DNA of 64,000 bases from Squalus acanthias (Eukaryota): NCBI GenBank assembly GCA_030390025.1, contig JASTWF010000355.1, forward strand, positions 248,001 to 312,000, given 5' to 3'. Below are positions 63,885 through 64,000 of this stretch, piece by piece; positions within the stretch are counted from its first letter, which is position 1, and every line of letters begins with the position of its first letter. The notes beneath the pieces were generated by a model that saw only the letters and a program-made list of their open reading frames with translations, did no database searches and was not told where the DNA came from. The position numbers and the translations under genes are program-made.

Positions 63885-64000
63885 TGTCCCCACACTATTA
63901 CTGCTAATTTGGTTTGCACAGTCTATATGTAGCTTAAAATCCCCCATGATTAAGATATAACCCTTGCTACATGCACCTCTAGTTTTCTGATTTTTACTCT
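63885..64000 (-). mobile_element. CR1 APE fragment
   Basis: Antisense translates RGACSKGYILIMGDFKLHID (GDFN-like motif). Confidence 0.7.

Overview
This is vertebrate genomic DNA, most likely from a cartilaginous fish, inferred from the GPR139-like receptor cluster and the CR1/L2/Penelope/Deu-SINE repeat mix. It holds a small cluster of GPR139/GPR142-like class A GPCR genes. Two are intact two-exon minus-strand paralogues of 323 aa each: join(6870..6939, 3674..4575) and join(58303..58372, 50549..51450). The 70-nt first exons are missed by the ORF track. A third, more divergent copy on the + strand (33445..34360) is a pseudogene. The two intact receptors are nearly identical on the cytoplasmic side and strongly divergent in the extracellular loops, as expected of a diversifying ligand-sensing repertoire. 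The rest is mostly repeats: a ~15 kb 29-bp satellite that has captured a young CR1 LINE and three co-amplified Penelope ends, a 20-bp minisatellite inside a 4x composite unit, a 73-bp satellite derived from L2 coding sequence and interrupted by a 1.2-kb solo LTR, a ~60-bp hairpin/AP-1 satellite, two MITEs, SINEs, and nested CR1/L2 fragments. Eight minimal type I hammerhead ribozyme motifs of two families occur in the Penelope-like termini. Repeat boundaries were read by eye and are approximate unless a junction is quoted.
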